From Prosthecobacter sp. (GTDB lineage Bacteria > Verrucomicrobiota > Verrucomicrobiia > Verrucomicrobiales > Verrucomicrobiaceae), in NCBI GenBank assembly GCA_044355475.1, contig JBIKYB010000001.1, positions 1,153-65,152 of the forward strand: a stretch of 64,000 bases of DNA. Direction: 5' to 3'. The translations under genes and the position numbers were made by a program. Positions 50,432 through 60,233 of the stretch are shown here, in pieces. Position 1 is the first letter of the stretch, and each line of letters begins with the position of its first letter. The notes beneath the pieces are model-generated. The model had not been told where the DNA came from. It saw nothing but the letters and a program-made list of their open reading frames with translations, and searched no databases.

Positions 50432-51378
50432 GAATCCGAGTCCTCCATAGCGCGGGCCAAACGTTCGATCTCTTGATCAATCTTCGCCGCCTGAGCCGAG
50501 AAATAGGCGTTCCATTCGGGATGCTGGGACATGACATGGAAAGCCTCCGACTGCTGAACCGCCGCCAGTTCGGCTCGAGCTTTCTTCAAGGCGGAACGAG
50601 CCGCATGGATGCGTGCCTGAAGGGTGGCTTTCTGATCTGCCGCCGTGGCCTCGGCTGCCACAGTAAAAACACCTGCGGATGTCTGGGCGGCGAGTTGTCT
50701 CACGCGAACGAGATTGCCCGTCTGGTAGGCTTCACTCAATTCGCGGAACATGGCCGCAGCGGCGGCCTGATGCTCCGTCGGCACGACGTCGGGGTGGCAT
50801 TTCTTCGAGGCGCTGCGAAAGAGTTTTTTCAGTTCCTGCTGTCCTTCTTCAGACAAATCCCATTTTGTGCGGGCATCCTCGGCCTCCTGTGCGGCGCTCT
50901 CTTTTTGAAAGTCGTCGAAATCTTGCTGCGCTTGTTTGGCCTCCTCGGCCTTCGTCGGGTCTGCCGCTGCCGCCCGCTTCCGAACGAGCAGTCGCAGTCG
51001 CAGCAGCTTCTCCAATCGTTCGCCCAGGCTTTGATGGTGAGCCGCATGAAAGCGGGAGATTTGATGCGCCAGTTCCGCCTGCTCGACTTCTGCTTCTGCC
51101 AATTCGGACGACAGCCGCTCAAGCTCGGCCTCCAACAACGTGATCTCGGGATCCGTCCAGCGAACCAACCGGGTGCCTTCAGTCAGAAGGGTGGTGATGA
51201 GGACGCTCGCCTCCGCATACCGGTGAGAGCCAAAATGCGCAATGATCTGAGCGATGGCATCTATCTCCTTGTGAGCCTGAAGTCTCATGGCCGCCGTTGA
51301 GGCCAGCTCGACATCGCCCAGATCAAGCAAGGCCTTCAACGCCTGTAGGCGGGAGGTGAGTTCAGGGGAAAGAGTCAT
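50428..51378 (-). CDS. Coiled-coil protein with internal J-domain
   Basis: ELKKLFRSASKKCHPD...MFRELSEAY flanked by coiled coils; 4-bp overlap with the FGE gene. Confidence 0.8.
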   Translation of the reverse strand: MTLSPELTSRLQALKALLDLGDVELASTAAMRLQAHKEIDAIAQIIAHFGSHRYAEASVLITTLLTEGTRLVRWTDPEITLLEAELERLSSELAEAEVEQAELAHQISRFHAAHHQSLGERLEKLLRLRLLVRKRAAAADPTKAEEAKQAQQDFDDFQKESAAQEAEDARTKWDLSEEGQQELKKLFRSASKKCHPDVVPTEHQAAAAAMFRELSEAYQTGNLVRVRQLAAQTSAGVFTVAAEATAADQKATLQARIHAARSALKKARAELAAVQQSEAFHVMSQHPEWNAYFSAQAAKIDQEIERLARAMEDSDS

Positions 51379-51563
51379 GATGAAAGTGAGGCTTTGGCTT
51401 TCCGCCGCCCGACATGGAGGAACCGACTAGAGTTTACCCGTTGATGCGCTGCAAGTCGGTTTTGATTTAGCTAAAGAGAGGTCGCAAAGAAAACTCTCTG
51501 ACACATCGCTATGCTGTCGAAGGCGATGGTTGACACGCCATGAGCGGCCATTGATGTGACGCG

Positions 51564-54233
51564 GTGATTCCACTCGACCTCTCTCTCGCCGATGTTCCCA
51601 GCCTGCCTGCGCATGCGGCGCGGCTGCTGGCGAAGGAGGGGATCAAGACGGTGGCGGATGTGGTGTGGCATCTGCCGTTCCGGCATGAGGATCGGCGGCA
51701 GATGCAGGCGCTGGCGTTTCAGGCGGGCCTGCTTCCGTCTTGCCATCATGTTTTGATCACCAAGACGGGGAACAAGTTCTTTGGCGGCCGTTCCGGAGTG
51801 TTTGAGGCGGTGGTGCGGCATGCGACGGGGCTGCTGGGCCAGCAGCTCACGCTGAAGTGGTGGAACATGCCGTTCATGAGCCGGGTGCTGGCTGAAGGGC
51901 AGGAATTGATCGTCTATGGCGTGATCAAGGACTCGAAGGGCCGCCTGAGCATGTCTCACCCGGAGTATGAGATTGTCAAAGGCGGTGCGGATGACGATGC
52001 GGAGCAGATTCACACCGGGCGCATCACGCCGATCTACCGCCTGAAGGGCGCGATGACTCAAAAAGCGCTGCGCGTGGCCGCGTGGCATGTGTGCCAGGCG
52101 CTGCCAGGAGCGTTTTGCGAGGATCTGCTCCCAATGCCGAGCGCGGAGGGCGAGTTCGCGGGCCAAACGCGGTCGCTGGCGCTGCGGGAGGTGCATTTTC
52201 CTTCGAGCATGGAGAAACTGGATCAGGCGCGGCGCTATCTCGCGCTGGAGGAGTTCTACGGCTACCAGCTCCGCGTGGCACGGCGGAAGCGGCGGGTGAT
52301 TGAATCCGGCGGGCGAAAACAAATCGGCACGGGCGAGCTGCTGCGCGTTTTTTTCAATGAGCTGCCCTTCCAGCTCACGACGGCACAGCAGCGCTGCCTG
52401 GACGAGATTCATCGCGACATGGCCTCCGGTGCGCCGATGAACCGTCTGCTGCATGGCGATGTGGGCAGCGGCAAAACGGTGGTGGCCTTTGCGGCCATGC
52501 TGAGGGCGGTGGAGTCTGGTCGTCAGGCCGTGCTGATGGCTCCGACGCAGATTTTGGCCGAGCAGCATGCCCGCAATGCGCGCAAGTGGCTGGAGCCGCT
52601 GGGCCTGCGCGTGGCGCTGCGGACGGGATCGAAACGCGAGGATGGAGATGGCTTGGAATTGCTTGGCAGGAGCGCACGCGTCCCGCGTGCTGTTTCCCGC
52701 GTCTCGCGGGAAACTTACCCAGCGTCCTCGCAAGAAACGCGTTACTCCCGCAGGCGTTTGCCGCACTTTGAGCGGCCCTGGGCGAAGTATTTCATCACGT
52801 TAAGCACAGCGGCACGTCGCAAGCTGCCGGAAAACACGCGGCAGATCGTGCTGGACGCGATTCGCCACTTTCACGGGAATCGCTATCACCTGTATGCCGC
52901 ATGTGTGATGCCAGATCATGTCCACATGCTGATTGAACCGGCGATTTGTGAACGGGAACCGGCTTCGGAATCTCCAGTGTTTCATAAGCTGACAGACATT
53001 CTGCATTCGCTCAAATCCTTCACGGCACATGAGATCGTGAAGGCAGGCTGGCATGATCAGCGGGTGTGGGAGAAGGAATCGTTTGATCGGCTGATTCGGT
53101 CGGAGGCGGACTTGCAGGAGAAATTTGAGTACATCGTGGGGAATCCCCAGGAAGCGGGGCTGGTGGGGCCGGAGGTGGTCTATCCGTGGTTGTGGGTGCC
53201 TGGGGACGGTGCTCCGCGAGACGCGGAGCACAGCACGCGGGACGCGTGCGCTCCAACTTTGCGTGGTCCAGAGATCGTCATCGGCACGCATGCGCTGCTG
53301 CATGATGCGGAGCTGATGCATAACACGGGGATCGTGGTCATCGACGAGCAGCACAAGTTTGGCGTGGCGCAGCGGGCGAAGCTGATCCGCAAGGGCGACA
53401 CGCCGGATGTGCTGGTGATGACGGCCACGCCGATCCCGCGCACCCTGACGCTGACGATTTACGGCGATCTGGAGGTCTCGACGATCGACCAAAAGCCACG
53501 TGATGGGGTGAAGATCATCACGAAGGTGCGACCGAAGACGAAGCTGAAGGAGGCGGCGAAGTTTTTGCGCGAGCAGATCGAGGAAGGCCGCCAGGGTTAC
53601 ATCGTGTATGCGCTGATCGATGAATCGGAGAAGCTGGAGGCCGGTGCGGCGACGAAAGGGCACGAGGAGTGGTCCAAACTGCTCGCGCCCTGCGAGGTGG
53701 GCCTGCTGCATGGCCGGATGAGCGCGGAGGAGAAGGAGGATGTGATGAAACGCTTCCGTGCGGGCAAGCTGGACGCGCTGGTTTCGACGACGGTGATCGA
53801 AGTCGGCATCGACGTACCGAACGCGACGGTGATGTTCATTCACGACGCTGGCCGCTTTGGCCTCGCGCAGCTTCATCAGCTTCGCGGGCGCATCGGTCGC
53901 GGAGCGCATACGAGCTACTGCGTGCTGTTTGTGGAAGACAAGGACGAGGACAACCGCCAGCGCCTCGCGATCATGGAGGAGACGAGCGACGGCTTCCAAA
54001 TCGCCGAGGAAGACCTGCGGCGGCGTGGTCCGGGCGATGTTTTGGGCCATGCGCAGAGTGGACAGGCACCGCTGCTGTTTGGTGAGCTGCTGGCGGACAC
54101 GCGTTTGGTGCGCTTGGCGCGGCAGCTTGCCGAGAAGACGCTGGATGAAGATCCGCATCTGCAACGCCCAGCGCTGGCGGCGTTCCGGGATGAACCGGTC
54201 GTGGCGGAGAAGGCGCAGGCGATGATGCAGTGA
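51564..54233 (+). CDS. recG: ATP-dependent DNA helicase RecG carrying an in-frame transposase insertion
   Basis: HLPFRHEDR, GDVGSGKT, MAPTQILAEQH, IGTHAL, IDEQHKFG, MTATPIPRTL, QLHQLRGRIGRG, DLRRRGPG. Confidence 0.95.
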   Translation: MIPLDLSLADVPSLPAHAARLLAKEGIKTVADVVWHLPFRHEDRRQMQALAFQAGLLPSCHHVLITKTGNKFFGGRSGVFEAVVRHATGLLGQQLTLKWWNMPFMSRVLAEGQELIVYGVIKDSKGRLSMSHPEYEIVKGGADDDAEQIHTGRITPIYRLKGAMTQKALRVAAWHVCQALPGAFCEDLLPMPSAEGEFAGQTRSLALREVHFPSSMEKLDQARRYLALEEFYGYQLRVARRKRRVIESGGRKQIGTGELLRVFFNELPFQLTTAQQRCLDEIHRDMASGAPMNRLLHGDVGSGKTVVAFAAMLRAVESGRQAVLMAPTQILAEQHARNARKWLEPLGLRVALRTGSKREDGDGLELLGRSARVPRAVSRVSRETYPASSQETRYSRRRLPHFERPWAKYFITLSTAARRKLPENTRQIVLDAIRHFHGNRYHLYAACVMPDHVHMLIEPAICEREPASESPVFHKLTDILHSLKSFTAHEIVKAGWHDQRVWEKESFDRLIRSEADLQEKFEYIVGNPQEAGLVGPEVVYPWLWVPGDGAPRDAEHSTRDACAPTLRGPEIVIGTHALLHDAELMHNTGIVVIDEQHKFGVAQRAKLIRKGDTPDVLVMTATPIPRTLTLTIYGDLEVSTIDQKPRDGVKIITKVRPKTKLKEAAKFLREQIEEGRQGYIVYALIDESEKLEAGAATKGHEEWSKLLAPCEVGLLHGRMSAEEKEDVMKRFRAGKLDALVSTTVIEVGIDVPNATVMFIHDAGRFGLAQLHQLRGRIGRGAHTSYCVLFVEDKDEDNRQRLAIMEETSDGFQIAEEDLRRRGPGDVLGHAQSGQAPLLFGELLADTRLVRLARQLAEKTLDEDPHLQRPALAAFRDEPVVAEKAQAMMQ
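52669..53254 (+). mobile_element. REP-flanked HUH/Y1 tyrosine transposase (RAYT) element, in-frame within recG
   Basis: 41-bp inverted arms 52669-52709 and 53214-53254 (38/41); RRRLPHF, YFIT, VMPDHVH, LKSFTA, WEKESFDRLIR, YIVGNPQEAGLV, YPW. Confidence 0.92.
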
Positions 54234-54295
54234 GCCGCCGCATCTTTAAGAGAACTTGACGTGCGGAGCTTTTACCCGGTCAGTACTCGTGTGCC

Positions 54296-55084
54296 ATGCA
54301 CCCCACTGCCCCAAACCATGCGCGAGCAATGCTCGTGGATCAAACCGAGGTCGCCCGCCAGCGCCACCGGCGCGGTAGGCCACGTTTTGTGACGCTGGCG
54401 CGTGTCACCATCCTCGCCTCAGCGATGACGGGTGTCGGGGTAGGCGCTTGGTGGCTGAAAAGCGAGGTGCCACATGCGCAGGTCGCAGAAGCGGTGCGCG
54501 AATCGCCACTGGTGGAGGCACGCAGCCTCAAGCCGCTGCTGGAGACGGCCCAACCCTCTGAAATGGCCGCCTACGGGCTGAAAAAAAGTCCGAACACCGA
54601 ACCTGCGATCACGCCGGAGCCTGCGAGGAGTCATTCAGCCCCCACCCAGTCAGCGCTGCCAGTTTGGCTGGTGGCAGACGACGCGAAGTCTGCTGAGCTG
54701 CTGCGGCAAAGCCTGCGCGAGCGAGGAGCGCGGCAGATGGGGCAGTCGGTGCGCCTGGCGATGCTGAATCTGGCCGAACTGCTCGCTATGGATGAAAAGA
54801 CCTGGGCGGCGGACATGAAGATGGCGTCCGCGAATGACAATCACATCTCGGCGCTGGTGCTGACGTTTTATCTTTACCACCTCGACCGTGCGGCTGACGG
54901 CGCGGGCGTGAACGCACTGCGGCAGGCTCTCGAAAATGGCATGTCGCAGGACCAGGCGGTGCGGGAGTTCATCCTCGCCGGACGGAGTGTTGCGGAGATC
55001 GAGCGCGAGATGGGCGTCGCGTTTGCCAGCGTCGGCATCGAGCTACAGTTCACCCGGCGCGGCAGGGCGGTGTTCAAGCCCTGA
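54296..55084 (+). CDS. Hypothetical membrane-anchored protein
   Basis: 262-aa ORF with one N-terminal TM segment. Confidence 0.6.
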   Translation: MHPTAPNHARAMLVDQTEVARQRHRRGRPRFVTLARVTILASAMTGVGVGAWWLKSEVPHAQVAEAVRESPLVEARSLKPLLETAQPSEMAAYGLKKSPNTEPAITPEPARSHSAPTQSALPVWLVADDAKSAELLRQSLRERGARQMGQSVRLAMLNLAELLAMDEKTWAADMKMASANDNHISALVLTFYLYHLDRAADGAGVNALRQALENGMSQDQAVREFILAGRSVAEIEREMGVAFASVGIELQFTRRGRAVFKP

Positions 55085-55146
55085 TGAAATCGGGGGAGAT
55101 TCCTTTTGCCCGTCGGGTGTTTCGCTTTTAATCCCTGCCCCACCTG

Positions 55147-56175
55147 ATGAAGACTTCCTGGCCCATCCGCCTCGTGCGCGCGCTGTTTTTCGCGTTCTCC
55201 GTGTTCATCGGTATGGCGATCGCCGTTGGGCTGCAAGAGGAGGCTTGGGTGGGCGCGGTGAGTGGCGCGGCCTTCATGGGGGTGCTGGTCGCTCTCGACA
55301 TCACCCTCGCTCGTTTCACGCTGCGTGATTTTTCCCATGCCACGCTGGGTCTTGCAGTGGGGCTGTTCTCTGCCTGGCTGATCACCCGCGTCGGTGTGTT
55401 TCAACTCACTTATTTTCAAAATCATGCCGAAGGGGGAACGCTGCAAAACATCGTGGAAATCTGCATCTACGGCACGTTGGCGTTTTTCGGCGTGACCTTC
55501 GCTCTGCGCAGCGACCGCGACCAGTTTGCCTTCCTGATCCCCTATGTGCGCTTTCGCCGAGATGGCTCGGAGGGCGAGCCGATGCTGCTGGACACGAACG
55601 TGATCATCGACGGACGGCTGCCAGGCGTGTTTGCCACCGGATTTCTCAGCGGGACGGTGGTGGTGCCGCGTTTCGTGTTGGATGAGTTGCAACGCCTCTC
55701 CGACTCCGCCGAGCCGACGAAGATGATGCGCGGCAAACGTGGCCTGGAGCTGATGGGAAAGCTGCGCGTGATGCCGGGTATGAGTGTTTCGATTCACGAG
55801 GACGCCACAGGCATCGTTGACGCTAAGCTCGACACGCGGCTGGTCACACTCGCGCGTGAGTTGAACGCCCGGCTGATCACCAACGATGAAAACCTCGTCA
55901 AGGTGGCCCGTCTGCGCGGCATCACGGTGCTGAGCCTGCATGAGCTGGCAGGTGCGCTGCATCCTGAGCTCAGCGTGGGGGATGAACTGCGTCTGCCCTT
56001 GACCAAGCCTGGCAAGGACAAGCACCAAGCCGTGGGCTATCTGCCAGACGGCACAATGATTGTGGTGAACAATGCCGCGCCGCAGATCGGCCAGACCGTC
56101 GATGTCGTGGTCTCCGGTACGCTGCCGACGAGCGCTGGCAGGCTGATCTTTGCCGAGATCAAGGCTGCGGCGTGA
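55147..56175 (+). CDS. PIN + TRAM domain membrane protein (YacL-like)
   Basis: 4 TM, LLDTNVIIDGR, VPRFVLDELQ, RGKRGL, ITND, GYLPDGTMIVV, TSAGRLIF. Confidence 0.92.
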   Translation: MKTSWPIRLVRALFFAFSVFIGMAIAVGLQEEAWVGAVSGAAFMGVLVALDITLARFTLRDFSHATLGLAVGLFSAWLITRVGVFQLTYFQNHAEGGTLQNIVEICIYGTLAFFGVTFALRSDRDQFAFLIPYVRFRRDGSEGEPMLLDTNVIIDGRLPGVFATGFLSGTVVVPRFVLDELQRLSDSAEPTKMMRGKRGLELMGKLRVMPGMSVSIHEDATGIVDAKLDTRLVTLARELNARLITNDENLVKVARLRGITVLSLHELAGALHPELSVGDELRLPLTKPGKDKHQAVGYLPDGTMIVVNNAAPQIGQTVDVVVSGTLPTSAGRLIFAEIKAAA

Positions 56176-57164
56176 CACGCCGACGTTGGCATACGCCGCA
56201 AAGCGCGGCCAGCAGCACCAGCAGCGCCGATTGTGGCTCTGGTACCACGGCGATGGACGTGATAGCCCCTGCATTGGACGAGATGCGCGTGGCGTACATG
56301 CTGGAGGGATTGTCCAGCGGCAGGTCGGGGTTGAAGGACCAGCCGAACGCGTCGGAGCCCTGGTACAAACCGCCGCGATCAAAGAGAGCGGCGTCAAAGT
56401 CCGAGCCGTCGCCCACGGTGTTGTTCGTGTCGAAGCGGCCATCCACGCTGTAATTCACGCCCGCGAGCTTCCACACACCGCCGTCGTTCACAAACACGCC
56501 GCCGCCAGAGTCGCCACCGGAGAGGGTGGCCTCATGCAGCGTGCCGCTGGAGCTGAAGGTGGCCGTGATGAGATCTCCGAGCGCGGTGGGTTGAATGCTG
56601 GAGATGATGTTGGTGCCCCAGCGGGCGGTGCCGTCGCCCCCTGAATGCTCCCAGCCATGCAGATCACCGCCTACGAGGACTTCACCACCACGCGGCCCGC
56701 CCATGCCGTGAGTCACTAGGGTCATGCCGACTTCAAGCGTTCCGGTGTATAGAGGGGCATAATACGGGAAGTATTCCTCCACTCTGAAAATGCGCAGGTC
56801 GGTGCCGGCGATGTCCCAGTAGCCAGCGCCGCCATTGGCGGCCAAGTCGATGTTATACACCACATCCGCCCCCCCGTTGAAAATGCCGCTGTGAACGAAG
56901 GTGCCGCCCTGCGTGCCAAAATGCTGCGCGGTGATGAAATACTGCGGCGCGATGATGGTGCCCAGAAAGGAGCCGTATCTGCCCTCATACTGCCAGCCGG
57001 AGTCTTCGTAGATTCCTGTGGGAGCGGTGGTGTTGTGACCGGAGTCGCCCGTGTCGTAAAACACAATGGCCTTGCCCGGCAACACGCCCAAACACCACAG
57101 CATCAACGCCGCAGCCAAACGGCGCGGCGGTGCCTGCAATGAGGAGACTTGGGGCGAAACCATC
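56159..57164 (-). CDS. PEP-CTERM trypsin-like serine protease
   Basis: ITAQH, TDLRIF, GGDSGGG, C-terminal VPEP + TM + RRR; start uncertain. Confidence 0.85.
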
Positions 57165-57318
57165 AAGTACCGTCCCACCACGAATCTGAATTTCCATAAT
57201 TTATTTCCAGCCTATTAAAGAAAAGCGAGATGTCAGCATGGCATGGTCCCTGCATCGGCAAATCGCCGCTCGACACATCGGTCATTTTTGTTATCGGTGG
57301 CGTCCCTGTGACTCACAA

Positions 57319-58650
57319 ATGAAAACCCGTTGGCTTAACATGATTACCGCCTGCGTCCTCCCGCCCATCGTGGGAGTCGGAGTTTGCAGCGGCATGATTC
57401 AACTGCTCAAAAACCATGATTTGTTTCAGGTGAATGCGGCAAGCATGCCTGCCACTTTGGAAAAGCAGTCACGAAAAACAGCATTGCCTCAAAAATCCGC
57501 TGAGATTCGTGCCGCGCTGCCGGTGGACGGCACCTTTGAGATGGTCAAACCCCGCATGCCCGCCAGTGCAGAAAAAGCCGCGCTGCAGCGTGCTGCCATG
57601 CCGCCGAAGGCAAAAACGAGTGCCGCGCCAGCCACCAAGCCCGAGCCTGCGCCAGTCGCAGTGGTCAATGCTGCCGAAAAACCCATCAAGCCGCAGCCAT
57701 GGCGGCCAGTTCTCGATCCCATCTCCGAATTCTGGACCTCCTTGATGCCGCGCACTGACGCGCTGCCGCAAGCTTACCAAGCGGTGCTCAATGACGACCC
57801 TGCGCACCTCGCTCGCATCATTGCCATGGGTTTTTCACCGCATGAAAAGACCCTGGGCGGCGACACCCCGCTCTGCGCCGCTGTGCGCATGGGCCGCGCT
57901 GAATGCGTGCGCGTGTTGGCGCTCTCCAGGGTGGATCTGAACGAGTCTGCGCACGAGCAGCAGCCGCCCATCGCCATCGCTTCCCTGCGCCGCAATGTGC
58001 CGGTGCTCGAAGCCCTGCTGGAACTGGGCGTCGATCCTAACACACGCTTCAAAACACCCGTGATGAAGGCCGTCATCGACCGTTGCATGATCAAGGATCT
58101 GCGCAACGCGCTGGAAAGCGACCGTGGCATCACCCCACTCATCTGCTGTGCTGCCCGTGGGGATGTGGAAGGTGCCGTTGCCCTGCTCAATGCGGGTGCG
58201 AAGGCTGGCGTCTGCACCACGCGCTATCATCGTTACCCGATCAACTTCGCCGCCACCCAGGGCTATCTTTTCCTCATGCGGGTGCTGCTGGGGCGTGATC
58301 CAGAGTCTGAGCCGGACACCTTGGTCACGGTGGACCTTTCCACCCAGCGCGCTTGGGTGATGAAGCAGGGGCGCATCATCAACAGCACCAGCGTTTCCAC
58401 CGGACGTGCAGGCTACAGCACACCCGCTGGACGCTATGTCATCACAGACAAGCACAAGTCGCACACCTCCACGCTGTACCACGTCGCCATGCCGTGGTTC
58501 ATGCGGCTGAACTGTGGAGCCATCGGCTTGCACAGCGGCTACGTCACCGGGCGTCCGGCCTCCCACGGCTGCATCCGCCTGCCTTACGAGAAGGCGAAAG
58601 AATTCTTCAGCCAAGTCGCCGTCGGTGACGAGGTGGAAATCGTTCACTGA
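57319..58650 (+). CDS. Ankyrin-repeat L,D-transpeptidase (YkuD domain)
   Basis: GDTPLCAAV, GITPLICCAARG; VDLSTQR, VSTG...TPAG, LHSG...ASHGCIRL. Confidence 0.88.
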   Translation: MKTRWLNMITACVLPPIVGVGVCSGMIQLLKNHDLFQVNAASMPATLEKQSRKTALPQKSAEIRAALPVDGTFEMVKPRMPASAEKAALQRAAMPPKAKTSAAPATKPEPAPVAVVNAAEKPIKPQPWRPVLDPISEFWTSLMPRTDALPQAYQAVLNDDPAHLARIIAMGFSPHEKTLGGDTPLCAAVRMGRAECVRVLALSRVDLNESAHEQQPPIAIASLRRNVPVLEALLELGVDPNTRFKTPVMKAVIDRCMIKDLRNALESDRGITPLICCAARGDVEGAVALLNAGAKAGVCTTRYHRYPINFAATQGYLFLMRVLLGRDPESEPDTLVTVDLSTQRAWVMKQGRIINSTSVSTGRAGYSTPAGRYVITDKHKSHTSTLYHVAMPWFMRLNCGAIGLHSGYVTGRPASHGCIRLPYEKAKEFFSQVAVGDEVEIVH

Positions 58651-58726
58651 TGAGGAAGTTGGCGGTCGTGGTCGAAACCAAAACGCCGCCTCCTAGAAGC
58701 CACCGTCAACAACCGCAAACTCCCTC

Positions 58727-60112
58727 TCAAAGCGTCCCCAGCAGTTTGTCGTGGATGCCGTCGAATCCGCCGTTGCTGAAGACGACGATCACATCGCCAT
58801 CCCGGCTTTCACTCTTCAAGCGGTTCACAATGGCCTCGGTGTTCACCTCAAACCAGCACGGCTTGCCACGCGCGGTCACGGCAGCGGCCACTTTCGCGGT
58901 GTCTAGGCGCTGATCAGCGGCGACTTTTTCAGGATTCGCCACGGCGGCGATGACGGAGGCATCCGCCTCGGCCAAGGCCTCGATCAATTCATTTTGCAGC
59001 ACATTGCGGCGGCTGGTGTTCGAGCGCGGCTCAAACAGCGCCCACAAGCGGCGACCGCTGTAGCGCTGGCGCAGACCGCGCAGCGTTTCGCGGATCGCGG
59101 TCGGGTGATGACCAAAATCGTCGATGACCGTGATGCCATGCGTGGTGCCGCGCTCCTGCTGACGGCGGCGAATGCCTCGGAAGCTCATCAGTCCGGCGCG
59201 GATCTCATTATCGGTCAATCCAGCGAAACGGGCCGCACACACGCACATCGCGGCGTTGCGCGCGTTAAACTCGCCCACCATGGGCACTTCAAACGCGTCT
59301 CCATTGATTTCAAACGCCGTGCTTTCTGGCGTCACGCTCGTTATCTTGATGCGGAAGTCGCAGTTCGGCCCCAGACCCACTGTTTTGAGCGGCGCGGGAC
59401 ACTTGGTGCGCAGCTTGAGGCAGTTTTCATCATCGCCATTGATCAGCACCAAGCCGTTGCGCGGCACGGTGTTCAAGAAGCGCTGGAAGGAGAGAAGGAT
59501 GGCGTCCAAGTTCTCAAAAATATCCGCGTGATCGAACTCGATGTTGTTCACGATCGCGCACTCCGGCAGGTAGTGCAGGAATTTGCTGCGCTTGTCAAAG
59601 TAGGCCGTGTCATACTCGTCCCCCTCAATGACAAACAGGTCGGAATGCGTGAAACGCGCCCCTGATTCGAAGTTCTCCGGCACACCACCGATCATGAAGC
59701 CGGGATTCTTGCCCGAGTGTTCGTAAATCCACGCCAGCATCGTCGTCGTCGTCGTTTTGCCATGCGTGCCGCTGACCACAAAGCTGCGCTTCCCCTGGAT
59801 GACCTCACGCTTCAGCATCTCCGCCATCGAGACATACGGCAGCTTCTTTTCCAGCAGTGCTTCGAGTTCGGGATTGCCGCGCGAGATGGCGTTGCCCACG
59901 ACATAAACATCGGCGTTCAGGGGCAGGTTTTCCGGCAGGTAGCCTTCCGTGACGCTGATCCCCGCGCCTCGCAGCACATCGCTCATCGGAGGATACACTT
60001 TTTCATCCGATCCGCTGATTTGATGTCCCAGCGCTCGCAGCGCGACCGCAGTCGAACCCATCGCTGTGCCGCAGATGCCGATGAAATGAATGTGCTTGGT
60101 GCTGGAGGCCAT
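58727..60112 (-). CDS. mpl: Murein peptide ligase Mpl
   Basis: HFIGICGTAMG, YPPMS, GNAISRGNPE, GTHGKTTT, EGDEYDTAYFDKRSKF, FEPRSNT. Confidence 0.93.
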   Translation of the reverse strand: MASSTKHIHFIGICGTAMGSTAVALRALGHQISGSDEKVYPPMSDVLRGAGISVTEGYLPENLPLNADVYVVGNAISRGNPELEALLEKKLPYVSMAEMLKREVIQGKRSFVVSGTHGKTTTTTMLAWIYEHSGKNPGFMIGGVPENFESGARFTHSDLFVIEGDEYDTAYFDKRSKFLHYLPECAIVNNIEFDHADIFENLDAILLSFQRFLNTVPRNGLVLINGDDENCLKLRTKCPAPLKTVGLGPNCDFRIKITSVTPESTAFEINGDAFEVPMVGEFNARNAAMCVCAARFAGLTDNEIRAGLMSFRGIRRRQQERGTTHGITVIDDFGHHPTAIRETLRGLRQRYSGRRLWALFEPRSNTSRRNVLQNELIEALAEADASVIAAVANPEKVAADQRLDTAKVAAAVTARGKPCWFEVNTEAIVNRLKSESRDGDVIVVFSNGGFDGIHDKLLGTL

Positions 60113-60233
60113 GAATGAAAAGTGGGCCGCGATTTAAACCGGTCTTTCCGCCCCCGCCCGCGAAAAGTTCAGCTTTCCGGGAATAATCCCGTTTCGCGGC
60201 TCCTCCGGCACCCAGCCAGCAGTCTCTTGGCAA

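Noticed and set aside
48400-51400. Complete diversity-generating retroelement
   Set aside because: No reverse transcriptase, avd or template repeat visible in the window
52669-53254. Intein or self-splicing intron in recG
   Set aside because: No Cys/Ser start with His-Asn end, no LAGLIDADG motif and no group I/II hallmarks; the motifs are those of a HUH/Y1 transposase
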